Part shown: one piece after another, positions 8,625 through 17,364 of the stretch
Position numbering within the stretch: position 1 is the stretch's first letter
Layout: every line of letters begins with the position of its first letter
Origin: Vulcanimicrobiota bacterium
GTDB lineage: Bacteria; Vulcanimicrobiota; JAJTBE01
Assembly: GCA_021107945.1 (NCBI GenBank)
Contig: JAIORV010000138.1
Location: 1-30,149, forward strand
DNA: 30,149 bases
Reading direction: 5' to 3'
Made by a program: the position numbers and the translations under genes
Notes under the pieces: generated by a model
Seen by the model: only the letters and a program-made list of their open reading frames with translations
What the model was told of the DNA's origin: nothing
Database searches by the model: none

Positions 8625-9848
8625 TTAGCTTGGGACCTTTTTCAAATTTCCGATAACCTCTTTTGTCTCCCTGGCAATCATAAGTTCCTCATCCGTGGGT
8701 ATGATCCATACACGGACTCTTGAATCATCCGCGGATATTAATCTCTCCGACCCGGGCTTGTCGTTTTTATCGGGATCAAGCTTTATTCCAAGGAATTCAA
8801 GTCCCTTGCAGGATTTTTCTCTGACCAGCGGATCGTTTTCTCCCAATCCTGCGGTGAAAACAAGATCCGTAAGTCCTTCCATCGCCGCGGCGTATGCTCC
8901 GATATATTTTTTTATACGGTAGCAATATACATCTATGGCAAGCTTGGCTCTCTCATTTCCCTTGTCAGCCGCCGCTTCGACATCCCTTATGTCGTTTGAT
9001 ATTCCTGACAACCCGAGAAGACCGCTTTTCTTGTTAAGCACTTTGTCAACTTCATCAACGCTCAGTCCTGTCTGCCTCATTATGAAAAGAATTATCGCAG
9101 GATCAAAATCACCGGAGCGAGTACCCATAACAACTCCTTCAAGAGGAGTCATTCCCATTGAGGTATCAACGGAAATACCGTCTTTTATGGCGGCAAGACT
9201 GGCACCGTTACCCAGATGGCAGGTAATCATCCTGATTCCTTCAGGCTTTTGATTTAAAAGCTCATAGACTCTCAGGGAAACGAATTTATGTGAAGTTCCG
9301 TGAAATCCGTATCTTCTTATGCGCATTTTTTCATAATATTCATATGGCAGCGCATAGAGAAAAGCTTTTTCATCAAGTGTCTGGTGAAATGCCGTATCGA
9401 AAACACCAACATTGGGCACATCGCCGATAATTGCTTTCGCTGCGTAAATTCCAGCAAGATTCGCAGGATTATGAAGAGGAGCAAGGGGGATACATTCTTT
9501 CAATATTTCTATGACTTCGTTGTCAATAAGAACAGTGTGCGCGAATTTCTCGGCTCCATGAACAACCCTGTGACCCACTCCTTTTATCTCGGAAATATTT
9601 TTAATAAGCCCGTATTCATCACTCATAAGCTCATCAATTACCAGCTTGAATGCGGCCTTGTGATCTTCTGCTTTTACTTCCATTTCTTTTACTTTATCGT
9701 TCCAGGAAATTTTAAATATCTGACTTTTCCCGCCGATTCTCTCAACAAGACCTTTTGCCAGAAGTTTCAAATCATTATAACGAAAAAGTCTGAACTTCAG
9801 AGATGAACTCCCGGTGTTGATCACGAGAATCTTCATTCCTTCTGCCAC
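8625..9848 (-). CDS. ackA: Acetate kinase
   Basis: 407 aa. INTGSSSLKF N-terminal motif, HLGNG, and GTSHKF, all characteristic of the acetate kinase family. Confidence 0.9.
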   Translation of the reverse strand: MAEGMKILVINTGSSSLKFRLFRYNDLKLLAKGLVERIGGKSQIFKISWNDKVKEMEVKAEDHKAAFKLVIDELMSDEYGLIKNISEIKGVGHRVVHGAEKFAHTVLIDNEVIEILKECIPLAPLHNPANLAGIYAAKAIIGDVPNVGVFDTAFHQTLDEKAFLYALPYEYYEKMRIRRYGFHGTSHKFVSLRVYELLNQKPEGIRMITCHLGNGASLAAIKDGISVDTSMGMTPLEGVVMGTRSGDFDPAIILFIMRQTGLSVDEVDKVLNKKSGLLGLSGISNDIRDVEAAADKGNERAKLAIDVYCYRIKKYIGAYAAAMEGLTDLVFTAGLGENDPLVREKSCKGLEFLGIKLDPDKNDKPGSERLISADDSRVRVWIIPTDEELMIARETKEVIGNLKKVPS

Positions 9849-9869
9849 CTAACCACTTCCTTCATAGAT

Positions 9870-10427
9870 TTATGCTCTCTTTAGGTATTCTCCGTTTCTC
9901 GTATCCACGAGAATCTTCTGACCGGGCTCCACAAAAAGTGGCACGTTAATTGTAGCGCCTGTTTCAACTGTGGCAGGCTTTGTGCCTCCCTGGGCGGTGT
10001 CTCCTTTGAATCCCGGCTCAGTATGAGTTATCTCCAGCACCATGTGTGCAGAAGGTTCCACACCGATAGCGCGATCTTCATGGAATTGAACATCCATGCT
10101 CGCACCGTCCTTGAGCCATTTCAGAGCTTCGCCCATTACTTCCTTGCTAATCTCAATCTGCTCGTAATTGTCATTATCCATAAACACATACATATCACCG
10201 GTGGGATAAAGATACTGCATGTTTTTTGTCTCTATATGAGCCCGGCGCATTTTTTCACCGGCGCGGAAAGTTTTTTCAAGAACCTGTCCTGTAATCAGAT
10301 TTTTTAATTTTGTTCGTACAAAGGCCTGACCCTTTCCAGGTTTCACATGTAGAAATTCCACGATTGTGAAAAGTGCACGGTCCAGTTCTACTGTCATTCC
10401 ATTTCTTAAGTCATTGCTTGATATCAT
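9870..10427 (-). CDS. efp: Elongation factor P
   Basis: 185 aa. Reads SSNDLRNGM...KPGKGQAFVRTKLKNL, the KPGKG loop carrying the modified Lys. Confidence 0.92.
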   Translation of the reverse strand: MISSNDLRNGMTVELDRALFTIVEFLHVKPGKGQAFVRTKLKNLITGQVLEKTFRAGEKMRRAHIETKNMQYLYPTGDMYVFMDNDNYEQIEISKEVMGEALKWLKDGASMDVQFHEDRAIGVEPSAHMVLEITHTEPGFKGDTAQGGTKPATVETGATINVPLFVEPGQKILVDTRNGEYLKRA

Positions 10428-10649
10428 CAGGATCCTCCAATTTGATTATAATAAACTCAGATAATTTTCATCGAAAAAGTATGGGCGAGTTAATTTTTAC
10501 CTATATTCAATCCTATTTTAAAATTTCCCTTCAGAACCGGTGCAGGAAATATTGAAGAGAGGGATAGAAATACTGACAAGCCAAAAAATTCGGCATTGCA
10601 TCTATTTTTTTACTTGCAGACAACCGTATAGAATGAGATGTTTTTCTAT

Positions 10650-11720
10650 TTATTTATTCAACTTCACAACCGAACCAACCTCTAATAAATCCTTTCCAAC
10701 TTCTTTATAATTCTTTTTAAATTCATCGGATCCCACAACAATATTCCCGATATTTTCGCCGTTCAATTTACCGGTATATATTGTTCTATTTACGATCAAG
10801 AGGCCCGAGAGGAATATCCTGTCAGGATCCTGAGGCATGGGGAGGTTTCTGAAATTGCTGAAAACAGATAGCTTTTTAGGGTATTTGATTATTACAAATT
10901 GTGACGGTGAGTTTAATCTTCTCACATTATGCGAAATCTCCATGAAATAATAATACTTATCAGACTCTTTACCTTCCACTTCTATGAAGCTCTTTTTATA
11001 GACAGCGAGCAGCTCCTCGTAAAATCCCGTCAATCCTTTTACGCTCCATCTCGCCATTTCGCCGTCCGACAGGTTGTCGGGCATTCTATCCCGGGGTGTT
11101 ATATATATCGATGAAAAAGGAATTGAGGCGTCAAATACAGCCTGGGGCGAAATCATGGTCTTTCCCTTCCGAACCCTCGCCACGGGAATTTTTAAGGGCG
11201 GAAATGGATTTTTTATCGAGAATTTCTCATCTTTCGGGGCGATATATCCCTTTTTAACATATAGATTCTCCCTGTTCAGGAGATACACATATATCTTCCT
11301 TACGCTTCTCATCTTATAGAGAAGAAACGGGGAAATCACCCGCTCCGCAGTTAACTTTGGATCCAGGGATGAGGGATATTTGAAAAACTTCATGAAAAAC
11401 TTGTAATCCTGCGGATTCTTCTTTGTGGGAAGTGGGAACCCAAGATCCAGTATGTTTTTCAATTGAATATTAGTTATATCTGGTTTACAGGATTTTGAAA
11501 AAGACGGTGAATCAGGGCGATCATACTTCACCCTGTCCCCTTTAAAGAATTGAGCCTGGGGCATATATGCATAGTGAAACTTTACTGCATCATCAATTTC
11601 CCAGTTATCAATCCCTGTATTTACCGCAAAGCATTTTTCCCGCGATGTCGCCGCCTGCCATGCTATCACCATACAGGCGATTGAAATTATCAAAAGGGGC
11701 AAAAAATAGTTCTTCTTCAT
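10650..11720 (-). CDS. Hypothetical secreted/periplasmic protein
   Basis: 356 aa with an N-terminal signal peptide (MKKNYFLPLLIISIACMVIAWQA). No recognisable domain. Confidence 0.5.
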   Translation of the reverse strand: MKKNYFLPLLIISIACMVIAWQAATSREKCFAVNTGIDNWEIDDAVKFHYAYMPQAQFFKGDRVKYDRPDSPSFSKSCKPDITNIQLKNILDLGFPLPTKKNPQDYKFFMKFFKYPSSLDPKLTAERVISPFLLYKMRSVRKIYVYLLNRENLYVKKGYIAPKDEKFSIKNPFPPLKIPVARVRKGKTMISPQAVFDASIPFSSIYITPRDRMPDNLSDGEMARWSVKGLTGFYEELLAVYKKSFIEVEGKESDKYYYFMEISHNVRRLNSPSQFVIIKYPKKLSVFSNFRNLPMPQDPDRIFLSGLLIVNRTIYTGKLNGENIGNIVVGSDEFKKNYKEVGKDLLEVGSVVKLNK

Positions 11721-11959
11721 TAATTCGTCACCTTTCTCGTGTTGTACTTCGATTATTATTCAGATCCCCTGACATGTCATGTTATGTAAAAGTCAATACT
11801 TTCCAATAACTTATTAGCTTTGTCTGTCTGCCGGTCTGTGGCGTCGATCCGGTGTTGGATTAGGACAACACCCGATTTTAATCGGGTGGGAGGATGATGC
11901 CCCAAACATTGGGTGTTTAACCGTTTTAACGGTTTCCCATTATTTGTCTGCTCCTGTCC

Positions 11960-12050
11960 TGGAAACCACTAAAGTGGTTAAGTCAAGCGAAAAGGGGTGG
12001 TTATGCCCTTCCTTCCACCATAATAAATTATGGTGTTGTCTTAACTTCCG
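11960..12050 (+). ncRNA. Two-hairpin conserved RNA motif, copy A
   Basis: CTGGAA-[AACCAC-TAAA-GTGGTT]-...TGGTTATGCC-pyrimidine tract-[CACCATAA-TAAA-TTATGGTG]-TTGTCTTAA. Homologous to copy B at 19470-19555, with compensatory changes. Confidence 0.5.
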
Positions 12051-12207
12051 ATATTACCGCGCTTTTACTGGATCAACCCCGGCAAGAACGGGTTTTACTT
12101 AACTCCGACGCCTTGCACAGCGAAGGATCTCCACTCATAACACATAGCCCCTCAAGTAAACATTCGATAGATTCTTCGCTGTGTCAATCACCGGTTATCA
12201 ACATAAT

Positions 12208-12276
12208 CCCATCTTTGAGAAAGTAATCTGAGTAAAGGATGTTTTTCGTGATCCGCTCAGTATGACAATCTCAGGG
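12208..12276. repeat. Dispersed ~70-bp repeat W, copy 2
   Basis: About 75% identical to window positions 1-68. Shared core TCTTTGAGAAA...GTGATCCGCTCAGNATGACA. Confidence 0.7.
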
Positions 12277-12299
12277 CTGTCTTTAATAAGGAATCAAAT

Positions 12300-13592
12300 T
12301 TAATTTTCCCTCTTCTTTACAAGAGTCGCCATTGGCTTGTCATTCCCCGGAGGTTTCTCATCCTTCTTGTCAATCTTTCCCCAGTCAATCTTCCCGGTAA
12401 GCTGCATTACTACAAACAATGTCGCTATGCACATTATTGTAACCGCAAGCCCGGTATATCCCTTAAAGAAGAATGTATATGAGAAAAAGACGAGGAAAAT
12501 AAGCTGTGAAAGCCCCACCTCGAGGAATGCGAACTTGTATCCGACGACAAGTCTCATATACGAGATAACCAGGAATATTGACACCGCGGAGCATATCCAG
12601 AAAGAAGCGTGAATCGATACATGATCCACGAGATATGCAAGGAGAAGATGGTATGCAAAGAAAGCGCATCCTATGAAGAAATAATTCATGGGATGAACAT
12701 TCACTTTTTTCATTGTTGTAAATATAAACAGGAGGAAGAAAAACAGGAAAAGTGAAACCGGAGCAAAGTATATCACCTTACTGACCCAGGGCCCGGGATT
12801 CAGCTTTTTGGGCATATCCATACCAATCTGGGCACCCGAGAGAAGGTTGGAATATTTCCATGTCAATTTCCATCCCTTATCGGTTTTCTGCTTTTCAGTG
12901 GGAGAAATGCTGTCCTGGGGAAAGTCAACCTTGTCAAAATTCGTATTCATCACCAGTGAGAAATTCTTGATCTGTGTTACATCCGTTCCAAAATTGTACC
13001 ACCATTCATCCATTCCCTGGGTGAAATATCCCACCTCTACATTTTCCGACTTTCCAGCTTCAATCACCAGACTTTCATGTAACCTGCCATCCGCTATCTG
13101 GATATCGGTTACTTCCCGGTTGCCCAGGACGAGCCTGAAGTTGTCATATACAGATCCCTTACTTGGAAGATTGAGGGTGAAATGGAATTTTCGCGTTTTA
13201 CCCGTATTATTGGTGATTCTGTAGATTCCGGAGAATCCGACCCTATATGTGGAATACCAGAGGAGTCCTTTTTTCCTGTAGTCCAGTTTTAAATCGACAT
13301 TGATGTCGCCTGCGTCAAGTGAAATGGGGTTGTCAACAGTTATGGTCTTCGTCTCCCTGACAATCTTTCCGTCTTTCTTGTCGGTCTCTTCTTTTGTAAT
13401 AACAATTTCCTTTGTCCGGTAGAACACGGACGGAGCTTCCTGTCTCTGGACGGTGCCCCATAGCTGTCCTACCTCTAATCTGAGTTTGTTGTCCTGTGTC
13501 CTTGTTCGGATGTCAACGGTCTGCCCAAGTACAAACCAGGCAATGACCGTGCAGATGTAAATAAACGCTATTACAAATATACGCTTGAACAT
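12300..13592 (-). CDS. creD: Inner membrane protein CreD
   Basis: 430 aa. N-terminal TM, large periplasmic domain and C-terminal TM bundle. The C-terminal block HPMNYFFIGCAF...YHLLLAYLVDHVSIHASFWICSAVS aligns to E. coli CreD HPMQYLLVGLSL...YLLLLALSEHIGF..AWIIAS. Confidence 0.75.
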   Translation of the reverse strand: MFKRIFVIAFIYICTVIAWFVLGQTVDIRTRTQDNKLRLEVGQLWGTVQRQEAPSVFYRTKEIVITKEETDKKDGKIVRETKTITVDNPISLDAGDINVDLKLDYRKKGLLWYSTYRVGFSGIYRITNNTGKTRKFHFTLNLPSKGSVYDNFRLVLGNREVTDIQIADGRLHESLVIEAGKSENVEVGYFTQGMDEWWYNFGTDVTQIKNFSLVMNTNFDKVDFPQDSISPTEKQKTDKGWKLTWKYSNLLSGAQIGMDMPKKLNPGPWVSKVIYFAPVSLFLFFFLLFIFTTMKKVNVHPMNYFFIGCAFFAYHLLLAYLVDHVSIHASFWICSAVSIFLVISYMRLVVGYKFAFLEVGLSQLIFLVFFSYTFFFKGYTGLAVTIMCIATLFVVMQLTGKIDWGKIDKKDEKPPGNDKPMATLVKKREN

Positions 13593-13866
13593 CTGTCATC
13601 CTCCTTTCATGGTTTGATGGGATTATCTGGATAAATTATTAATAATTACAAAAGGACGTAATTCAGGACAAGTTATTATTATGGTAGAGTGATTTGTGTG
13701 GTATTCCGGACGGTATCTCACATGTTTATTTTACTACAAAAATGTTACACTAAGGTTTCATAAAGGTTACAGGGGGGGAAAGATTTGGTAATAATTTTTA
13801 CCGGGATATGAATAAATATTTGATAGATTTTTACAAAGGAGTTATAATAAAATCGGAGGTGAGAAT

Positions 13867-14073
13867 ATGCGACAAGTTATATTGTATCCGGGAGAAGATA
13901 ATTTCTGGGTAGTTGAATGTCCAAGCCTTCCCGGGTGTATAAGCCAGGGAAGAACAAGAGAAGAGTCGCTGGAAAATATAAAAGAAGCGATAATGGGTTA
14001 TATCCACGCGTTGGAGGAAGACGGGCTTCCGGTTCCTGTGGAGCATTTCAATGTAATGGTGGTAGTGGTATGA
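13867..14073 (+). CDS. hicB: HicB-family antitoxin (short, no DNA-binding domain)
   Basis: 68 aa. Reads YPGEDNFWVVECPSLPGCISQGRTREESLENIKEAI, the UPF0150/HicB signature. GGAGGTG RBS. Stop overlaps the hicA start (ATGA). Confidence 0.75.
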   Translation: MRQVILYPGEDNFWVVECPSLPGCISQGRTREESLENIKEAIMGYIHALEEDGLPVPVEHFNVMVVVV

Positions 14074-14297
14074 CAAAGCTTCCGGCTATTTCGGGTAAAA
14101 AATGCATGAAGGCACTAATGTTGAATGGTTTTTATATAAAACGTCGGGAAGGAAGCCATATTATATTAAAAAGAGATATACCTTTCTCTCAATTGGTGGT
14201 ACCTGATCATAAAGAGCTTGACAGAGGGACTCTTCGCGCAATAATAAGGCAATCCGGCCTTTCGGTACCGGAATTCATAAATCTTCTACAGAAATAA
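14070..14297 (+). CDS. hicA: HicA-family toxin
   Basis: 75 aa from the internal Met of ORF 13917..14297. Reads GKK..KAL..NGF...R.GSH.IL.....VP.H.EL..GTLR.I.RQSGLS, the HicA pattern. The upstream part of the ORF overlaps hicB out of frame. Confidence 0.7.
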   Translation: MTKLPAISGKKCMKALMLNGFYIKRREGSHIILKRDIPFSQLVVPDHKELDRGTLRAIIRQSGLSVPEFINLLQK

Positions 14298-14314
14298 TAT
14301 TGTAAAAAAATAAT

Positions 14315-15409
14315 TCATATGTAAAAATTGTTTTTGGCTCTTTCCAAAATCTCAAATATCTTTCCATCATCATCTTTCGATGTACGCCCCGACAGGTTTT
14401 CAATCCATCTTTTGGGGATTCCCTTTTTGCCATGCAACGCCCCGACGACCGCTCCTACAATCGCCCCGATCGTGTCATTGTCGAAAGTGTCATTTATCGC
14501 CCTTATTATTGCCTCCTCGGGATCGTTCCCGTGTTTCATCAGAATATATAAAACAGAGGGAACCGTCTCAAGGAGATACGCACTTGAGCCCCAGGCTTTG
14601 CAGGCATCAAAAGTGGGAATGTCTCTCTCGTAAGTTTCTCTTACATGCTTATCGACAAATTCATGGATTGTACCCTCATACCCCCTGAACTTCCTGCTTT
14701 TGGCGCGGTATGTATGATTGATCTCAAGGTCTTTCGCTGTGTTTATGTATGTATCAATCCACCACGAAGGCTCCGGAGGACTATCCATCTTCAGAACCTG
14801 CCATATTATATTAACAAACGAAAGGCAGGCTGAAATTGATCCCGAGTCGTTATGGGTGATCATTGCGGATAAAGCGGTATCGACCCACATTTGTTTATCT
14901 CCCGTTTTCAGATATGGAATTACCATGGGCGCAATCCTCATCAACGCACCGTTTCCCGCCGACCTGGGACCGCATTTGTACCATGGAAGTTTTCTGAGTT
15001 TATAGTTGTACAGGAATTTTATAACTGTACGCCCGATCCCGAATATTCGTTCACTGGAAAACCTTTTCGACAGTTTCTCCGGGTCAAGCCCCCCGTCTTT
15101 AATCATCTGATCAAGCGTCCAAAAAGCAAGCTGGGTGTCATCGGAAGGATAACCCACGTGTTTACCCCCAAACCACCTCGAGAAATAATCCTTTATCTCC
15201 CCGTAAACCACCCTTCTCAAACCGGGAGGCATGCTTTCTGTGGAGACCCCCAGGGAATCACCCGCCGCAAGACCGATCATAAGCCCTTCTATCCTGTCAA
15301 AATCAAAATTCTCAGGCAGATTCCCCGGCTGGACATCAAAAATACCGCCCCTGTTTATAGATATCTGCTTCTTGTTAAAAAAGGAATCCAGCAGATCCGT
15401 ATTATTCAT
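14315..15409 (-). CDS. ADP-ribosylglycohydrolase family protein
   Basis: 364 aa. GLMIGLAAGDSLG and SDDTQLAF motifs match the ARH/DraG family. Confidence 0.6.
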   Translation of the reverse strand: MNNTDLLDSFFNKKQISINRGGIFDVQPGNLPENFDFDRIEGLMIGLAAGDSLGVSTESMPPGLRRVVYGEIKDYFSRWFGGKHVGYPSDDTQLAFWTLDQMIKDGGLDPEKLSKRFSSERIFGIGRTVIKFLYNYKLRKLPWYKCGPRSAGNGALMRIAPMVIPYLKTGDKQMWVDTALSAMITHNDSGSISACLSFVNIIWQVLKMDSPPEPSWWIDTYINTAKDLEINHTYRAKSRKFRGYEGTIHEFVDKHVRETYERDIPTFDACKAWGSSAYLLETVPSVLYILMKHGNDPEEAIIRAINDTFDNDTIGAIVGAVVGALHGKKGIPKRWIENLSGRTSKDDDGKIFEILERAKNNFYI

Positions 15410-15498
15410 TTTTTCGTGTGGATCCTCCTCATGATGGGGTTGAATAGATACAATTCCAGTAAATAATTAATCATAAGAAAATAAGAACCTTTTAACGT

Positions 15499-15595
15499 GA
15501 GTAAATTTGCAAACAAATTGGCACGCAAATTAACAAACCTAAAGGTTTGAGCTACGAGGTTTGGGTTATGAACGTAGCGCGGGTTTTTAAACCCG
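15499..15595 (+). repeat. Mosaic REP module M1: 12-bp repeats, CCTAAAGGTTTGAGCTACGAGGTTTGGG, then REP
   Basis: Shares the layout of modules at 17365-17520 and 18117-18219. The REP copy (GTAG plus GCGGGTTTTTAAACCCGC) is at 15573-15595. Confidence 0.8.
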
Positions 15596-15807
15596 CCCGG
15601 TGGATGTCAGATTGAAATCGGGTGTTGTCTAAAAAATGTCATGAAAGATTAAGAATTAATAGGGGAAGAAGGAAATATATTTATTTTCAGGAAAAAAATG
15701 CCCTTTACGCAAAAGTTGTAGCTATTTGACGATATATAAAGGTTTTTTCTTGCTAAAATCAAAACTTTCAAGTAATTCTCAAAAAAAATTAAGGAGGATA
15801 ATTCGAT

Positions 15808-16842
15808 ATGAATAAGCGGGTTTTTAAGGCTATTGGCCTCACAATTCTGGTATTATCTTTTTTCGCAGCCATGCTTGTCGCTGGCTGCTCAAGTGGTGGA
15901 GGCGGAGGAGGATCTTCGTCGGATCCGACTTACACGCCGACATCGTCACCCACCCAGACAACAACGGTAACTGGACAAGTTACGGACAATGATGGTCCAG
16001 TTGCCAATGCCAGAGTAGAACTGGAATACACTAGCGGCTCTGGCAAAATGATTAAGGATGTAATTGTTGTTTATACAGATGAAAACGGCGATTACACAAT
16101 TCCGAATGTAGAAGTTGGACAGAATGTTAGAATATCAGCTTACTATCCTGACGGAAGTTGGTTGGGTTACTATGATGTGGTGGTACAAGAAGACCAACCA
16201 CCAATCGATGTTTCCCCAACCTCAACTCCAACGCCAACGCCGACGCCAAGCGTGACACCGAATCCGACGCCGACTTCGACAGCTTCACCGAGTCCGACGC
16301 CGACACCGACGGCAACACCGAGCCCGAGCCCGAGTACAACCCCAACGCCGGGGAATGGAACTCTGAATTTATCTTCAACCCCGAGTGGGGCGAAGATATT
16401 TATAGATAGTGTCGATACCGACACTACAACCCCAAATGTATTTTCCCTGATTCCAGGTAGCCATACATATAAATTAACACTGAGTGGTTATCAGGATTTT
16501 CAGGAAACTATAACGATTGTCGCGGATCAGACTGTGATTCGTGCGACTACATTAGTTCCCACATCTTCTGGGGAACAGGTCGAAGGAGATGTAAAGGATA
16601 GGGACACAGGTGGTCTCCTTGAAGGCGTAGAAATAAAATTTAAACAAGGAGAAACCACAGTTGAGACAATAAAAACAGACGACAAGGGAGAATTCTCAGT
16701 AAAATTACCAGCTGGGTTATATAGAGCCGAACTAAGACTTGCTGGTTACAGAGTAACCAGTTACCCCATAACTATCGAAACGGGGATCGTGAATGAATTT
16801 CATTGGACAATAAAAAATCTCGGTCAACAACAAACCGAGTGA
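15808..16842 (+). CDS. Surface lipoprotein with CarboxypepD_reg-like and PEGA domains and a Pro/Thr/Ser-rich linker
   Basis: Lipobox LVAGC|SSGGGGGG. Linker PTSTPTPTPTPSVTPNPTPTSTASPSPTPTPTATPSPSPS. PEGA-like segment GAKIFIDSVDTDTTTPNVFSLIPGSHTYKLTLSGYQDF. AGGAGG RBS. Confidence 0.7.
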   Translation: MNKRVFKAIGLTILVLSFFAAMLVAGCSSGGGGGGSSSDPTYTPTSSPTQTTTVTGQVTDNDGPVANARVELEYTSGSGKMIKDVIVVYTDENGDYTIPNVEVGQNVRISAYYPDGSWLGYYDVVVQEDQPPIDVSPTSTPTPTPTPSVTPNPTPTSTASPSPTPTPTATPSPSPSTTPTPGNGTLNLSSTPSGAKIFIDSVDTDTTTPNVFSLIPGSHTYKLTLSGYQDFQETITIVADQTVIRATTLVPTSSGEQVEGDVKDRDTGGLLEGVEIKFKQGETTVETIKTDDKGEFSVKLPAGLYRAELRLAGYRVTSYPITIETGIVNEFHWTIKNLGQQQTE

Positions 16843-16861
16843 AATAACAATGGTAATAATA

Positions 16862-16890
16862 GGCCCGCACAAAGTGTGGGTCTTTTTTTG
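16862..16890 (+). terminator. Intrinsic terminator of the lipoprotein gene
   Basis: GGCCCGCACAAAGTGTGGGTC hairpin (with G-U pairs) followed by TTTTTTT. Confidence 0.7.
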
Positions 16891-16941
16891 CAGAATCCAA
16901 AATGGGATATAGAATCCAAAATGGGTTCGCAATTTTTCTAC

Positions 16942-16971
16942 AAAACCACGCTTCGGGCGTGGTTTTGTTTT
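16942..16971 (+). terminator. Second strong hairpin with UUCG-type loop and T tract. Tandem terminator or 3' end of a short transcript
   Basis: AAAACCACGC-TTCG(G)-GCGTGGTTTT followed by GTTTT. Preceded by the direct repeat AGAATCCAAAATGGG at 16893-16907 and 16911-16925. Confidence 0.5.
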
Positions 16972-17180
16972 GGGGGTATAATAAGGGTTCCAGTAACAAA
17001 CGGATAAAATACGACGATCTTAAATTTTATCCACACTTCACACATTAATAAATTCTATGTATAATAACATTCAAACAATTTAATAATTTTAATAGGGGGT
17101 AGCTTAATTAAGACCCTTACGGGTTCTTTTTAAGCTATTAAACATATATTTGAGCTATTTTGTTACGTCGCCATAGGAAC

Positions 17181-17203
17181 GTAGCGCGGGTTTTTAAACC
17201 CGC
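17181..17203 (+). repeat. REP element copy (GTAG plus palindrome)
   Basis: GTAGCGCGGGTTTTTAAACCCGC. Flanked by inverted AATTAAGAC...GGGNTCTT hairpins at about 17102-17141 and 17205-17230. Confidence 0.85.
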
Positions 17204-17280
17204 TCAATTAAGACGTAAGGGGTCTTGTTGTCGGTTCTTTTTGTGATATCCCTTATTTGATTTTATCTTTTGGGATGGAA

Positions 17281-17330
17281 TCTTTAATACCTCATAAATT
17301 AACTGAGCTTCCCCGATTTTATTTTAGGGA
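17281..17330 (+). repeat. Duplicated leader segment L, copy 1
   Basis: AACTGAGCTTCCCCGATTTTATTTTAGGGATAATATGATAACAAA. About 93% identical to 18226-18275. Confidence 0.85.
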
Positions 17331-17364
17331 TAATATGATAACAAATAGAGATAAAATAATTGAT

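Larger units (their letters stand above)
11821..12290 (+). ncRNA. Hairpin-dense non-coding region. Candidate structured RNA or composite repeat element
   Basis: No ORF. Successive stem-loops with TTTA/TAAA tetraloops at about 11861-11876, 11920-11935, 11966-11981 and 12016-12035. Contains motif copy A and dispersed repeat W2. Confidence 0.35.

Noticed and set aside
11821-12290. RNase P RNA, tmRNA, SRP RNA, cobalamin riboswitch or integron attC site as identity of the hairpin-rich region
   Set aside because: The conserved P4 sequences (GGAAAGUCCGG and ACAGAACCCGGCUUA) are absent. There is no tRNA-like 3' end or tag ORF. The SRP GGAAG domain and the B12 box are absent. There is no integrase and the sequence conservation is unlike an attC site.
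13917-14069. N-terminal 51 codons of ORF 13917..14297
   Set aside because: This part overlaps hicB in another frame and translates to Arg/Gly-rich low complexity. The HicA homology begins at the internal ATG at 14070, which overlaps the hicB stop.
16942-16966. REP-like element (CTAC adjacent to palindrome AAAACCACGC...GCGTGGTTTT)
   Set aside because: The tetranucleotide is on the wrong side and strand relative to the palindrome for the GTAG-REP family found here. It is better explained as an intrinsic terminator.
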